A DNA stretch of 64,000 nucleotides, taken from contig CAVPLM010000003.1 in assembly GCA_963706025.1 (NCBI GenBank), forward strand, positions 288,001 through 352,000, written 5' to 3'. Position numbers and translations under genes: made by a program. Source of the DNA: an uncultured Actinomycetes bacterium. Lineage in GTDB: Bacteria; Actinomycetota; Thermoleophilia; RBG-16-64-13. The first letter of the stretch is position 1. Every line of letters begins with the position of its first letter. Shown in pieces: positions 31,537 through 41,250 of the stretch. The notes beneath the pieces are model-generated. The model saw nothing but the letters and a program-made list of their open reading frames with translations. It did not search any database and was not told the DNA's origin.

Positions 31537-33390
31537 GTGAGTCCTTTGCTCGGTTACATGGGAAAGCTACTGCGGGCAGACCTGACCGCCCGGACGCTCA
31601 AGGACGAACCGCTCGATCCGGAAACGGCCGGGGCCTTCATCGGCGGCTCCGGATACGCCGCCCGGATCATTAACGACGAGGTACCCGGAGACACCGATCC
31701 GTTGAGCCCAGCCAACAAGCTGGTCTTCATGACCGGTCCGGCTACCGCGACCAGCCTGCCCACCACTGCTCGCTACGAGGTCTGCACCAAGTCGCCGCTC
31801 ACCAACATGTGGCTGGACGCCAGCTCCTCCGGCTGGTGGGCACGGGATTTGAAGCTCGCGGGGTATGACGGGCTGATCGTGGAAGGCGCGGCCGATGCCC
31901 CTGTCTACCTATGGATCAAGGACGGCAAGGCAGAGATCCGGGACGCATCGGCCTTCTGGGGAATGGACTCCGACCAGACTCAAGAAGCGATCCGCGCCGA
32001 ACTCGGCGACCAGAAGATCAAGGTTGCCTGCATCGGGCCCGCCGGAGAGAAGCAGGTGCCTCTGGCGTGCGTGATGAACGACGAGCAGCGGGCCGCCGGC
32101 CGGGGCGGGGCCGGCGCGGTCATGGGTTCCAAGAACCTGAAAGCCATCGCCGTCCGCGGGAGCATGAAGGTCCCTGTGGCGGACGAGGCCCGGCTGCGCG
32201 AGATCTCCAAGGAACTGCGCGGCCGTCTGGAGCAGCACCCGGTCGTTTCCCTGTTCAAGCCCTACGGGACCGCCTGTCTCATGGAGCACGGCTGGGTCAG
32301 CGGCGACGTCCCCAACAAGAACTGGGGAAAGGGTGTGTGGCGGGAAGGCTGCGAGGTCCTCAATGGCCGCGTTATGGCCGAGACTATCCTGGTGCCGCAC
32401 GCGGCCTGCCAGGGGTGTTTCATCCGCTGCGCCCGCTGGGTGAAGATCGACGAGGGCCCGTTCGCGATGGATGGCCCGGGTCCCGAGTACGAGACTCTGG
32501 CGGCTTTCGGCACGATGCTGATGAACGACGACCTGGCGGCGGTCTGCCATGCCAACGATCTGGCCAACCGCTATGGCGTAGACACCATCTCCACCGGGTC
32601 GGCCATCGCCTTCGCCATGGAGGCCTACGAAAAGGGCGTCATCACCAAGGAAGAGGCGGGCTGCGAGCTCACGTGGGGCAATGTCGACGCCATCATGGAG
32701 ATGATCGAACAGATCGGTAACGCCCGCGGGCTCGGGGCCATCCTGGGCAAGGGCGTGAAGCGCGCGGCCGCCGAGCTGGGCCGAGGGACTGAGGACTACG
32801 CCGTCCATGTGAAAGGCATGGAGGTCCCATACCACGATCCCCGCGCTTTCTTCTCCATGGCTACGACCTATGCCACCGGACCGCGGGGGGCCTGCCACAT
32901 GCATGGGGCCTCCTTCATCATGGAGCAGGGAGCGCCCCGTCCCGATACCGGCGTTCCGCCCGAGGTCGACCGTTTCGCCAACGAAGGCAAAGGCATCCTG
33001 GCCAAGCTGGCCCAGGACAAGTATTCGGTGACCGGTTCGATGGTCATATGCGTCATGCTCTCTGATGGCATGATCTTCGCCGACCAGGCGAGCGTGCTCG
33101 AGGCTGTGACCGGCGAACCCTGGACGGTCGAGCGGGTCGCGAAGACGGGCGAACGCATCACCAACCTGCAACGCGTCTTCAGCCTGAAGTGCGGCATAAC
33201 GGGGGCAGACGACAGGCTGCCGAAGCGGCTGCTCGAGGGACCCGACGAAGGTAGTCACGCCGGGAAGGTGCCCGACATGACCGTTCTTCTGCCGGATTAC
33301 TATCGCGAGCGCGGTTGGGACGAGAACGGTCGTCCCACCCCGGCGAAACTCGAGGAGCTGGGACTGGTGGAGATAGCGGGGGAGTTCTAG
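31537..33390 (+). CDS. aor: Aldehyde:ferredoxin oxidoreductase (tungsten AOR family)
   Basis: KSPLT, AGRGGAGAVMGSKNLKA, CQGCFIRC, GPEYET, GVDTIS and RGACH. Confidence 0.93.
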   Translation: MSPLLGYMGKLLRADLTARTLKDEPLDPETAGAFIGGSGYAARIINDEVPGDTDPLSPANKLVFMTGPATATSLPTTARYEVCTKSPLTNMWLDASSSGWWARDLKLAGYDGLIVEGAADAPVYLWIKDGKAEIRDASAFWGMDSDQTQEAIRAELGDQKIKVACIGPAGEKQVPLACVMNDEQRAAGRGGAGAVMGSKNLKAIAVRGSMKVPVADEARLREISKELRGRLEQHPVVSLFKPYGTACLMEHGWVSGDVPNKNWGKGVWREGCEVLNGRVMAETILVPHAACQGCFIRCARWVKIDEGPFAMDGPGPEYETLAAFGTMLMNDDLAAVCHANDLANRYGVDTISTGSAIAFAMEAYEKGVITKEEAGCELTWGNVDAIMEMIEQIGNARGLGAILGKGVKRAAAELGRGTEDYAVHVKGMEVPYHDPRAFFSMATTYATGPRGACHMHGASFIMEQGAPRPDTGVPPEVDRFANEGKGILAKLAQDKYSVTGSMVICVMLSDGMIFADQASVLEAVTGEPWTVERVAKTGERITNLQRVFSLKCGITGADDRLPKRLLEGPDEGSHAGKVPDMTVLLPDYYRERGWDENGRPTPAKLEELGLVEIAGEF

Positions 33391-33391
33391 A

Positions 33392-33673
33392 GTGCAGGTG
33401 ACCGTGAGCTTCCTGGGGTCGCTGCGCGATCAGCTCGGGAAGCAGTCATTGGTGGTCGAGCTCCCGGCCGCGGCGACATACCGAGATCTTCTGGACAGCA
33501 TCGCCCCCACGATGCAGGAGAAGCTGGCCGCTTGGGCGTGGGATGCCGAGAGACGATCGTTCCCTGGTCAGATGATGGTCTCGCGGAACCTGTCGGTCGA
33601 CGTACGAGACGAGAGCACGATCCTGGCCGACGGCGACGAGATCATCGTCGTCCCGCCGCTGGCCGGAGGGTGA
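33392..33673 (+). CDS. MoaD/ThiS-family protein
   Basis: Ubiquitin-like size with C-terminal PPLAGG; directly after the AOR gene. Confidence 0.9.
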   Translation: MQVTVSFLGSLRDQLGKQSLVVELPAAATYRDLLDSIAPTMQEKLAAWAWDAERRSFPGQMMVSRNLSVDVRDESTILADGDEIIVVPPLAGG

Positions 33674-33696
33674 GCGCCTTAAGGCAGGAAGCGGCT

Positions 33697-34395
33697 CTAC
33701 GGAAGGAACCGGCTCGGATCCGTCAGGAAGTCGCGGTACAGGCGGAAGTGATCCGTCGCTTCGTACTCCGTTTCCCGGATGCCCGTGTCTGCGAGAAGGA
33801 AGATCTGGCTGTCGGGCAGCGCCATGAGAATCGGGGAGTGTGTCGCGATCACGAACTGAGCGTGGCTGGAAACGCGATGGGCCGCGAGGATCCTCAGGAG
33901 CTCCAGTTGGCTCGCCGGGGAGAGGGCACTCTCGGGTTCGTCCAGGAAGTACAGCCCCGGCACACTGTAGCGGCCGGCCAGGTAGGCCAGGATCCCCTCT
34001 CCATGGGACCTCGCCGTAAGGTCGGCACCGCCGTGGTATTTGGCTTGACCAGGATCGAGCCGCGTCACGTCGTCGAGGAACTCCGCCCACTCGCGGAAGG
34101 CCTCCGCGCTGAACAGCCCCCCGGTGACGCTGCCCTCGACGAGGGTGACCCGCACGTGGTGACTCAAGGCCGCCGCCGAGAGTTCGTCGCTAGCCAGATA
34201 GCGCCTGGGCTGACCCCACATGGGCAGTCCGCAAAGCTGCGCCACCGCCTGGATGAGCGTGGACTTCCCCGATCCGTTCTCCCCCACCAAGAAGCTCACC
34301 GAGCGGTTGAAGTCCAGCCTCTGGCGCCCCTGCAGGGGCGCCACGTTGAAGGGGTACCTTCCCCGATCCGGGAACTCGTCGCCCCGGATCTCCAC
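33697..34395 (-). CDS. Stand-alone ABC-type (AAA_21-like) ATPase
   Basis: GENGSGKST, SHGE, LDEPESALS and IATHSP. Confidence 0.88.
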   Translation of the reverse strand: MEIRGDEFPDRGRYPFNVAPLQGRQRLDFNRSVSFLVGENGSGKSTLIQAVAQLCGLPMWGQPRRYLASDELSAAALSHHVRVTLVEGSVTGGLFSAEAFREWAEFLDDVTRLDPGQAKYHGGADLTARSHGEGILAYLAGRYSVPGLYFLDEPESALSPASQLELLRILAAHRVSSHAQFVIATHSPILMALPDSQIFLLADTGIRETEYEATDHFRLYRDFLTDPSRFLP

Positions 34396-34411
34396 GCTTT
34401 GCAGCAGAGAC

Positions 34412-36712
34412 TCATCGAAAGTCCGGGGAGGAGTCCAGAAGTATCAGCGCGTCGGCGGCCTTGACCCCTCGCCCCTCTGCGCCCACCATCAGGGGGTTGA
34501 TGTCTATCTCCGCGAGATACGGCTCGAGGTCGAGGGCAAGTCGCGACATCTTGAGCAGCACGTCCTCGATCGCGGCGACGTCCGCCCTCGGGTGACCTCG
34601 GGCGCCGGTAAGCAGCTTGAAGCCTTTGGTCTCGCGGACCATCGCGGCCGCGTCGGTCTCCGTCAGGGGGGCCACTCTGAGAGCGACGTCTTCGAAAACT
34701 TCCACGAAGATACCGCCCAGACCGAACAGGAGCGTCGGTCCGAACTGGGGGTCCCTCTTCATGCCGACTATGCACTCGGCGACCGAATCGGCCACCATCT
34801 CCTGTATCAGCACCCCGTTGATGGTCGCCTCCGGGTAGCGCTCCGCTCCCTGCCGCAGGATGCGGTGAAACTCGGCCTCCGCTGTTTCGGCTGTGCCGCA
34901 GCCCAGCGCGACCAGGCCGGCCTCGGTCTTGTGGAGGATGTCGGGGGAGTCGATCTTCAGCACCACCGGGAACTCGAATACGGGCAGCGTTGCCGCGAGC
35001 TGGTCCGCGCTGGCCACAGGCCACTCCCGCGTTATCGGGATGCCGTAGGCCTCCAATACCTTCTTCGCCTCGTGCTCGCTCAGGCTCTTCTGCCCACGCG
35101 CCAAGGCCGTTTCTATGATCGCGCGGGCTCGGTCCACTGCCTGGTCCTGGTCGACGACTCGGCTTCGTTCCGACACTTCGCCTCCGTCCTTGCTCATGCC
35201 CCCCTCACCCCGCCGGTAGTAATCGATCACGTGGCCCAACGCCCGGAACGCCCGGTCGGGCGTCGGGTACACGGCTATTCCGTTGTCTTGATAGTAGCGG
35301 CGCAGTCTCAGTCTCTCCGCTTCCACGGCGATATCGCTGCGCGGGTCAAGGTTCTCCCTGAGCACCACGACGACCGGTATGCCCGATATCCGCTGGATGT
35401 CGATGGGGATCTCGGAGAGCCAGGGCTCGTCCTCCGTGGATGTCTGGCTCGCGTAGTGCATCAGCCGTCGGAGTTCCTTGGACAGCACTATCCTGTCCAG
35501 GATGATCGTTCCGACCTCACCTGACCCGGCCATGGCCTCGAGAACGCCCTTCACCACCGGAGGCGAGGGCATCGGGGCGAGGACGTCCACCGGGTTGGAG
35601 GCGGTGGAGCCCACCGGGGGGAGGAAAGAGGCGATCTTGTCGCGGATCGCTGGGCTCATCGGTGGCATAGTGAGGCCGGCCCGATAGCATGCGTCGCTGG
35701 CCACCACGCTGTTGCCTCCGCCGGCACACACATAGCCGATGCGTGGGTCGGCGAGCCGGGGCAGGAAATGGAAGGCGGCGAGGCAGTCCAGGAGCTCCTC
35801 GAGGCTCTCTACCCGTACCACCCCTGCCTGGCGGAGCACTGCGGCCCAGACTTCGAGGTTGCCGGCCAAGGCGCCGGTGTGGCTGCTCGCGGCCACCGCC
35901 CCTTGGGGCGTCGCCCCTCCCTTCCACAGCACTACCGGTTTCGTGGCGGCGACCCGGCGCAGTACATCGGCGAACCTCCGGCCGTCCCGCGCTCCCTCGA
36001 CGTACATCCCGATGATGCTGGTGGCCGGGTCGGCGCCCATGTATTCGAGAAGGTCGGCCTCGTTGAGATCGAGGGCGTTCCCGAAACTGATCACCTTGCT
36101 CGAGTAGAAGCCGAAGTTGGGTGTGGCGCGGGCAAAGTCCTCCGACAGCCCTCCGCTCTGGGCGACAAAGGCCACGTCGCCACTCTCACGGGGATAGCCC
36201 TCGCCAGGATGCTGGGTAACGCCGCCCGCCGGGGAATAGACACCCAGGCAGTTGGGCCCCACCATGCGGAAGCTGCCGTCGAACTGCTCGCGCAGTTCAG
36301 CCTCAAGAGCTCTGCCTTCCTCCGTACCCGTTTCGCCGAAGCCGCCGGTGAAGGCCACGATCGTCTTGACACCCTTCTCCCGACACTCCCGCACCACCGA
36401 CGGTAGAGTCTGGGCGGGCACGAAGAGGAAGGCCAGGTCGGCAGCCTCCGGCAGCGAGGCGACCGATGGGTAGACCTCCAGCCCCATCAACTGCCCCCCT
36501 CGGGCGCTGATAGGGTAGAGCCGGCCGGGGAATCCGAAGTGGAGGAGAGCCCGGAGCATGGAAGTGCCTGGTTTCCAGGTGTCCTGAGAGACGCCGACGA
36601 CCGCTACGCTACTGGGGAAGAAAAGCGGTCGCAACTCCTCGTAGATGCCCGGTTGCGCCACGTCGGTCGATTTGGCCTCGGGTCCCTCTTGTTCACTCAT
36701 GTCGCGGGTCAC
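34412..36712 (-). CDS. ADP-forming acyl-CoA synthetase (fused alpha/beta)
   Basis: GPNCLG, QSGG, SHTGALAG, HKTEAG, DPQFGP and EIDINPL. Confidence 0.92.
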   Translation of the reverse strand: MTRDMSEQEGPEAKSTDVAQPGIYEELRPLFFPSSVAVVGVSQDTWKPGTSMLRALLHFGFPGRLYPISARGGQLMGLEVYPSVASLPEAADLAFLFVPAQTLPSVVRECREKGVKTIVAFTGGFGETGTEEGRALEAELREQFDGSFRMVGPNCLGVYSPAGGVTQHPGEGYPRESGDVAFVAQSGGLSEDFARATPNFGFYSSKVISFGNALDLNEADLLEYMGADPATSIIGMYVEGARDGRRFADVLRRVAATKPVVLWKGGATPQGAVAASSHTGALAGNLEVWAAVLRQAGVVRVESLEELLDCLAAFHFLPRLADPRIGYVCAGGGNSVVASDACYRAGLTMPPMSPAIRDKIASFLPPVGSTASNPVDVLAPMPSPPVVKGVLEAMAGSGEVGTIILDRIVLSKELRRLMHYASQTSTEDEPWLSEIPIDIQRISGIPVVVVLRENLDPRSDIAVEAERLRLRRYYQDNGIAVYPTPDRAFRALGHVIDYYRRGEGGMSKDGGEVSERSRVVDQDQAVDRARAIIETALARGQKSLSEHEAKKVLEAYGIPITREWPVASADQLAATLPVFEFPVVLKIDSPDILHKTEAGLVALGCGTAETAEAEFHRILRQGAERYPEATINGVLIQEMVADSVAECIVGMKRDPQFGPTLLFGLGGIFVEVFEDVALRVAPLTETDAAAMVRETKGFKLLTGARGHPRADVAAIEDVLLKMSRLALDLEPYLAEIDINPLMVGAEGRGVKAADALILLDSSPDFR

Positions 36713-38385
36713 CCTTCTGGGGTCTCCAGTATGTAGACCACGCCGATATCGCCGTCGACCCTAACGCGCATCCCCGTCTTGAGTTTCTTCGTGCCTTCGA
36801 CGCACCCTGAAATGACCGGCAGGCCATACTCCCGGCCCAAGATGGCCGAGTGGCTCAAGATACCGCCGACGTCTGTGACGACGGCCTTGGCGACGTTGAA
36901 GAGGGGTGTCCACACTGAGGAGGTCTCGATCGTCACCAGGATGTCGCCGGGCTCGAACTTATCGAAGTCTTCCTCTGAGCGGAGCACCTTGACCACTCCC
37001 TCGGCGACGCCGGGGGTCGACACGGTGCCGTAGAGATCTGCGTTCAGTTCCGGTCTCACCCGGGGATGAGGCTGCTGTGTGCTGCGTAGCATAGGACTGC
37101 TCGCGATCACCTCTCCCAGTTTGGTGATGTCCCCGATGAACAGATCCGGTTCGGCTTTGCGGAAGCGCGCGTGCTCTGTTCTACGCTTGGCCACCAGATC
37201 TTGAGCAGGGAATCGGCCCAGAATGCGCGCGCTGATCTCTTCCGGAAGCAGGAAGTACACATCTTGGGGGTCGTCGACGATCCTTTGGACGGCGAACCTT
37301 CTCCCGATCTCCTTCGTCACCCGGCGGGCCAACGCATTGCCGTAATTCTCGGCATAGAATGGATGCTCATCGTCCACGACGCTCGACCACTGAGCCGCTC
37401 TCATCAGCTCGGCGAACGCTTCCTTCTTGTCCTCCGGTACGCGTGAAAGTACCTCTTCCTCAGCCCTCGCCCTCGCCTCGAGGAGCCTCGGTTGGGCTTC
37501 GTCCAGCGCGAACACCGGGACCATCATGAAGCGCCTGATCGACGGCAACACCTGGCTCGGCTTCTCGATCCAGGTGGGGTGGCTGGCATCCCAGTTCTCG
37601 ATGGTGCGCCAGCCGTATTCGGCCAGGAACGCGTGGAAAGCTGCGAGCCAGGCCCTTCCGGCCTCGGAGCTCTCCAGCCTGAGGAGCAGTTCTTCGTCGT
37701 TCGGCGTCTCCGCGAAGAGGGGCTCGAGTCCCGTTTCCCGGGCCTTCGCCCCCAGATAGAACATCTCCCTGTCGGTCTGCAGTATCTTGTGGTTGAAACC
37801 CGCCATGAGATCGTTGAACAGACGGTTGTTCCTGTCTATCCCGACGAGATCCTTGCACATCTCCTCGAACATCTCGTAGATCTTGCAGTAGGCAAGGAGC
37901 CACACCATATGCAGATTGCCGGCTCGCCGGTAAAGCCAGACCCATTCGTCGAAGGCGTCCGAAAGCTCGAAGTCCTCGCACCCCTCGATGTCGACGGCCT
38001 TGGCCTTCTCATAGAGGGCCATGACCTCGTCTACACCCTTGTTGTACTCCCGGCCGAAATCCTCGATCCAGGGTGCTATCCGTTTTTCGAATTTCGCCGT
38101 CCGCTCTTTGCGCTCCTCTTCAGTCGTGAAGAGGGTGCCGTCATAGACCCAGCCGTCTTTCAGCTTGCAGTCGAAGCCTCTGCATTCGGGGACGCAGAAG
38201 TACTCGTGCCCGTATTGGAGCCCGATGTTGTCGTAGTTGTACTGGAGCATCCACAGATCGAAGGGCGTGGGGGAACGCAGTGTCTCTTTCCGGTCGAGGA
38301 TCCAGACTTTGTAGCGTTCCAGGAGCGCCATATCGCGCTCCTCGTTCCAATTAACAAGCACGCCCTCGGTCGAGTAACCTGACAT
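36709..38385 (-). CDS. PEP-utilising His-domain protein, phenylphosphate synthase subunit A-like
   Basis: Large helical N-terminal domain plus C-terminal VTDVGGILSHSAILGREYGLP. Confidence 0.85.
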   Translation of the reverse strand: MSGYSTEGVLVNWNEERDMALLERYKVWILDRKETLRSPTPFDLWMLQYNYDNIGLQYGHEYFCVPECRGFDCKLKDGWVYDGTLFTTEEERKERTAKFEKRIAPWIEDFGREYNKGVDEVMALYEKAKAVDIEGCEDFELSDAFDEWVWLYRRAGNLHMVWLLAYCKIYEMFEEMCKDLVGIDRNNRLFNDLMAGFNHKILQTDREMFYLGAKARETGLEPLFAETPNDEELLLRLESSEAGRAWLAAFHAFLAEYGWRTIENWDASHPTWIEKPSQVLPSIRRFMMVPVFALDEAQPRLLEARARAEEEVLSRVPEDKKEAFAELMRAAQWSSVVDDEHPFYAENYGNALARRVTKEIGRRFAVQRIVDDPQDVYFLLPEEISARILGRFPAQDLVAKRRTEHARFRKAEPDLFIGDITKLGEVIASSPMLRSTQQPHPRVRPELNADLYGTVSTPGVAEGVVKVLRSEEDFDKFEPGDILVTIETSSVWTPLFNVAKAVVTDVGGILSHSAILGREYGLPVISGCVEGTKKLKTGMRVRVDGDIGVVYILETPEG

Positions 38386-38403
38386 GGTCTCTGGCTCCTT
38401 ACC

Positions 38404-39366
38404 CTAGAATCTGAAGCTGATCCGGAATGTCTCGGGTCTTGTCTGCAGAATGAACACGGGGTCCGAGGGGGCGCCGCGATCGATCGCCCACTCGATGTCT
38501 TGGGGCCTGCCGAAGTGTGCCTCGATGCGCTTGCCGATCCTGGCCAATTCGAGCACTTCTTCATCGAGAAGGCAGCTGCAGCTTTCGCCCGCCTCAGAGG
38601 ATAGACCATCGCCCGGCGCCCCGGGGGCGATCCTGCGATCGACTATCGTGAACTCGGTGGCGTCCACGGTCCAGTTGTCGGGAATGACCGCTCCGGCGAC
38701 CACGATCTCCCCGAGGCCCCGGCACCCCTCGATGATCATCCGAGTGGCATCGGCCGTCGTCGGTTCCGCCGTGAACATGACACCCGCCGCGTCGGCGTCG
38801 ACCATCGCGAGCACCGCCACGCCTATAGGATCTGAGTCGAGCGGGAGCCCTTTGCGGGCTCGGGCGACCAGAGAGCGGGCGTTGAAGGTGCTGGACCACA
38901 CCCTGATCACGTTCTCCGCGACGGCGGCGCTCCCGGTCACGTTGAGGAAGCTCTCGTACTGTCCGGGGTGGCTCGCCGGCCCCGCGGACCGGGTGGCGAC
39001 GGGCAGGTTCGCAATGCCGGTCCTCGCGCATAGCCCGTCGTAGTGGCCGGCCAGGGTGTCTGAGATGTTCCGCGGCATGTCCTTCGACTCGACGATCTCG
39101 CACACGATCCTGGAAGCCTCCGTGAATCTGGCCAACTGCTTGGGATCGTCGGGGTCTGCCTCGAAGGGAGCCAAGTACTTCTTGATCTCGGCTCCGGCGC
39201 CGGTGGCCCTCATGAATTCCTCGTAGGCCTCCAGACAAAGCGCAAAGCCGGGCGGGACCTGAAAACCGGCCCTGGTCAGCTCGCCGAGGTTCGCGCACTT
39301 CCTGCCGACCGATCCACCGTCTGCTTGGGTCAGGTCTTCGAGCCAGGATATCCACTCACTCGTCAT
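38404..39366 (-). CDS. PEP/pyruvate-binding ATP-grasp protein, phenylphosphate synthase subunit B-like
   Basis: VGRKCANLGEL, VPPGF, VATRSAG..PGQYES, AGVMFT, QDIEWA and LQTRP; no His domain. Confidence 0.85.
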   Translation of the reverse strand: MTSEWISWLEDLTQADGGSVGRKCANLGELTRAGFQVPPGFALCLEAYEEFMRATGAGAEIKKYLAPFEADPDDPKQLARFTEASRIVCEIVESKDMPRNISDTLAGHYDGLCARTGIANLPVATRSAGPASHPGQYESFLNVTGSAAVAENVIRVWSSTFNARSLVARARKGLPLDSDPIGVAVLAMVDADAAGVMFTAEPTTADATRMIIEGCRGLGEIVVAGAVIPDNWTVDATEFTIVDRRIAPGAPGDGLSSEAGESCSCLLDEEVLELARIGKRIEAHFGRPQDIEWAIDRGAPSDPVFILQTRPETFRISFRF

Positions 39367-40149
39367 CCGGTCGCCCCCATCCGGTTCGCCACGGGTCGGC
39401 CCCCCGCTGCTTCGCCCCCATATCTCACATTGTCTCTCAGGCCGTTGAAGCGCTCGATCACCATGATCCGCCTCGGTGGGCCCCCGGTAGATGTAGCCTG
39501 TGTAAAGGATAGTCTTGAACCCCCGCTTTTTGGCGGGGGTGATGTCCGCCCACTCCTTATCGCCCATCATGGCCGCTTCGCCGGGCAAGATCCCGCGGGC
39601 GTTCAGATCCTCGGCCAGTACGTCGTAGATCGTCCCGTCTTCCTTCGACGTCCCTTCGTACCGGGTATCCACCGCCCGGTCGGCAATGCGCATCCTCCCA
39701 CGTGGGGTCACCAGGGCCTCGAAGTATTTCAGGACGTCGTGTCTCTCCAAGAACCTGAATTCGCAGGAATCGTCCATAGGCCCAGGGCTGGTCCTGGCCG
39801 CCGTGACTACGGAAAGCTCTATACCCTCCTCGCGCAGGTAGCTCAGAGCCTCGTGCGCGCCGGGCGCCAGAGCCAGATACTCCTGCTCGACGCCGAGGAA
39901 CACCTCTCCGGCCGCGGGATCGTCATCGAACACATAGCCGAGAAGCTCGATTTTGTGACGTTCCAGGACCACCGGGAGGGAGCCGTACTTCTCGATCAGC
40001 ACGCGCCACCTATGGTATGCGCTCGCGCTCGACTCCGGTCTGCTCAAAGCCTTGGCGGTGTCGCCGGTCAGCAGATGGCCGCGTCTCGGAGTGACATCCA
40101 TCAAGCACTCACCCATGTCGATGCCCATCCACTTGACATCGAGGGTCAT
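39363..40149 (-). CDS. HAD-superfamily hydrolase (paralog 1)
   Basis: GIDMGECLMD and MMGDKEWADITPAKKRG; removing one G near 39461 gives a stop overlapping the next ATG. Confidence 0.78.
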
Positions 40150-41033
40150 GGCGCGTCTGCTTCTCCGGACTCTCGATATCCCAGGTCATAGGAAAGGGCT
40201 GCCGCCACCTGTCTGAGGGCCTGCTGATACCGCCGGTCCTCGGCCTGTCCGTAGCGCACCTCGGAAACGACCAAGGAGAGACTGGCCCGGACCTCCCCGG
40301 AGAAGTCCCTCACGGGCACGGCCAGAGCGCACACCGCCCGCTGCTGCTCCTGGATGTCGTGAGCCACCCCTTCCTGCACCACCCGGCGGAGTTCGTCGGC
40401 GTAGCGGTCGGGATCGGTGATGGTGAACGGAGTGAGGGCCACCAAAGGGCGGCTCAAGGCTTTGGTCCGTCTTTCTTCCGGTCCGAAGGCCAGCAGCACT
40501 TTGCTGTGGGCATTGGCGAGGTCGGTGAATGTCTGGCCGACGTACATGAGGAACTTGAACGGACGCGGCGACGGGGAATGAGCGACGCACAAGGGGCCGT
40601 CCCCGTTCCAGACGGTGAGCCCCACGCTTTCGTCGGTGGCATCGGCCAGTCTCTCGAGATGCGGCGCTGCGAGACGGGCCAGAGCCGCCTCGGCTATCCA
40701 TACGTATGCCAGTTGGAGCACCGCCGGTCCCAGGAAGTACTTGCCGTTCAAGGGATTCAGAGCGATGACACCTTCCGCCTCCAAGGTCTTCGTCAGCCGG
40801 AACGCGGTGGTACGTCGCAGTCCCGACCGCCGGGCCAGTTCTGAGGGGTTCCATTCGGGGTGCCCAGAGTCGAACATGCGCACGATGCGCAGGGCCCGCT
40901 GGACCGATTGGACCAGAGAACCGCTACCCGGCTCGTCCAGATCGGGTTCGTCGGGGTCGAAAGCCGGATGTTCTGGGTCTTTGCTCACATCGGACCGCTC
41001 TGGAGACTCAGCTGTTTCTGTGGAGGAAGACAA
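40146..41033 (-). CDS. IclR-family regulator
   Basis: SVQRALRI..TAFRLTKTL, TDESVGL, SKVLLAF and LAVPVRD. Confidence 0.92.
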   Translation of the reverse strand: MSSSTETAESPERSDVSKDPEHPAFDPDEPDLDEPGSGSLVQSVQRALRIVRMFDSGHPEWNPSELARRSGLRRTTAFRLTKTLEAEGVIALNPLNGKYFLGPAVLQLAYVWIAEAALARLAAPHLERLADATDESVGLTVWNGDGPLCVAHSPSPRPFKFLMYVGQTFTDLANAHSKVLLAFGPEERRTKALSRPLVALTPFTITDPDRYADELRRVVQEGVAHDIQEQQRAVCALAVPVRDFSGEVRASLSLVVSEVRYGQAEDRRYQQALRQVAAALSYDLGYRESGEADAP

Positions 41034-41053
41034 GGTCGCCGTGCAAGAGTATT

Positions 41054-41174
41054 GTTCTATAATACGTCAGTCATGTCAATATTTTGGGACTGGAGCAGCC
41101 AAAACCTTGACATCGGGCCAGGCCTAGAGCTATCGTGAGACTGATTTTTGCCTTCTATAATCCAATAATGGACA
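41054..41174. promoter_or_regulatory. Divergent promoter region with candidate IclR boxes
   Basis: TTGACA on both strands (41107 +, 41074-41079 -); TTCTATAAT occurs twice; TCCA-ATAA-TGGA inverted repeat. Confidence 0.5.
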
Positions 41175-41250
41175 GAGGAGTGCTTGCCCAGTCGTCGCTG
41201 CGCCGACGTCCATTGATTGGCTCTGGCCTTGTGGTAATCGGAGGTTCGTC

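Noticed and set aside
38404-40149. Apparent 581-aa HAD-PEP-synthase fusion in the ORF track
   Set aside because: Removing one G (CATGGTGATC to CATGTGATC) restores a normal HAD ending (DHVIERF) whose TGA overlaps the ATG at 39366. The fusion is most likely an indel artefact.
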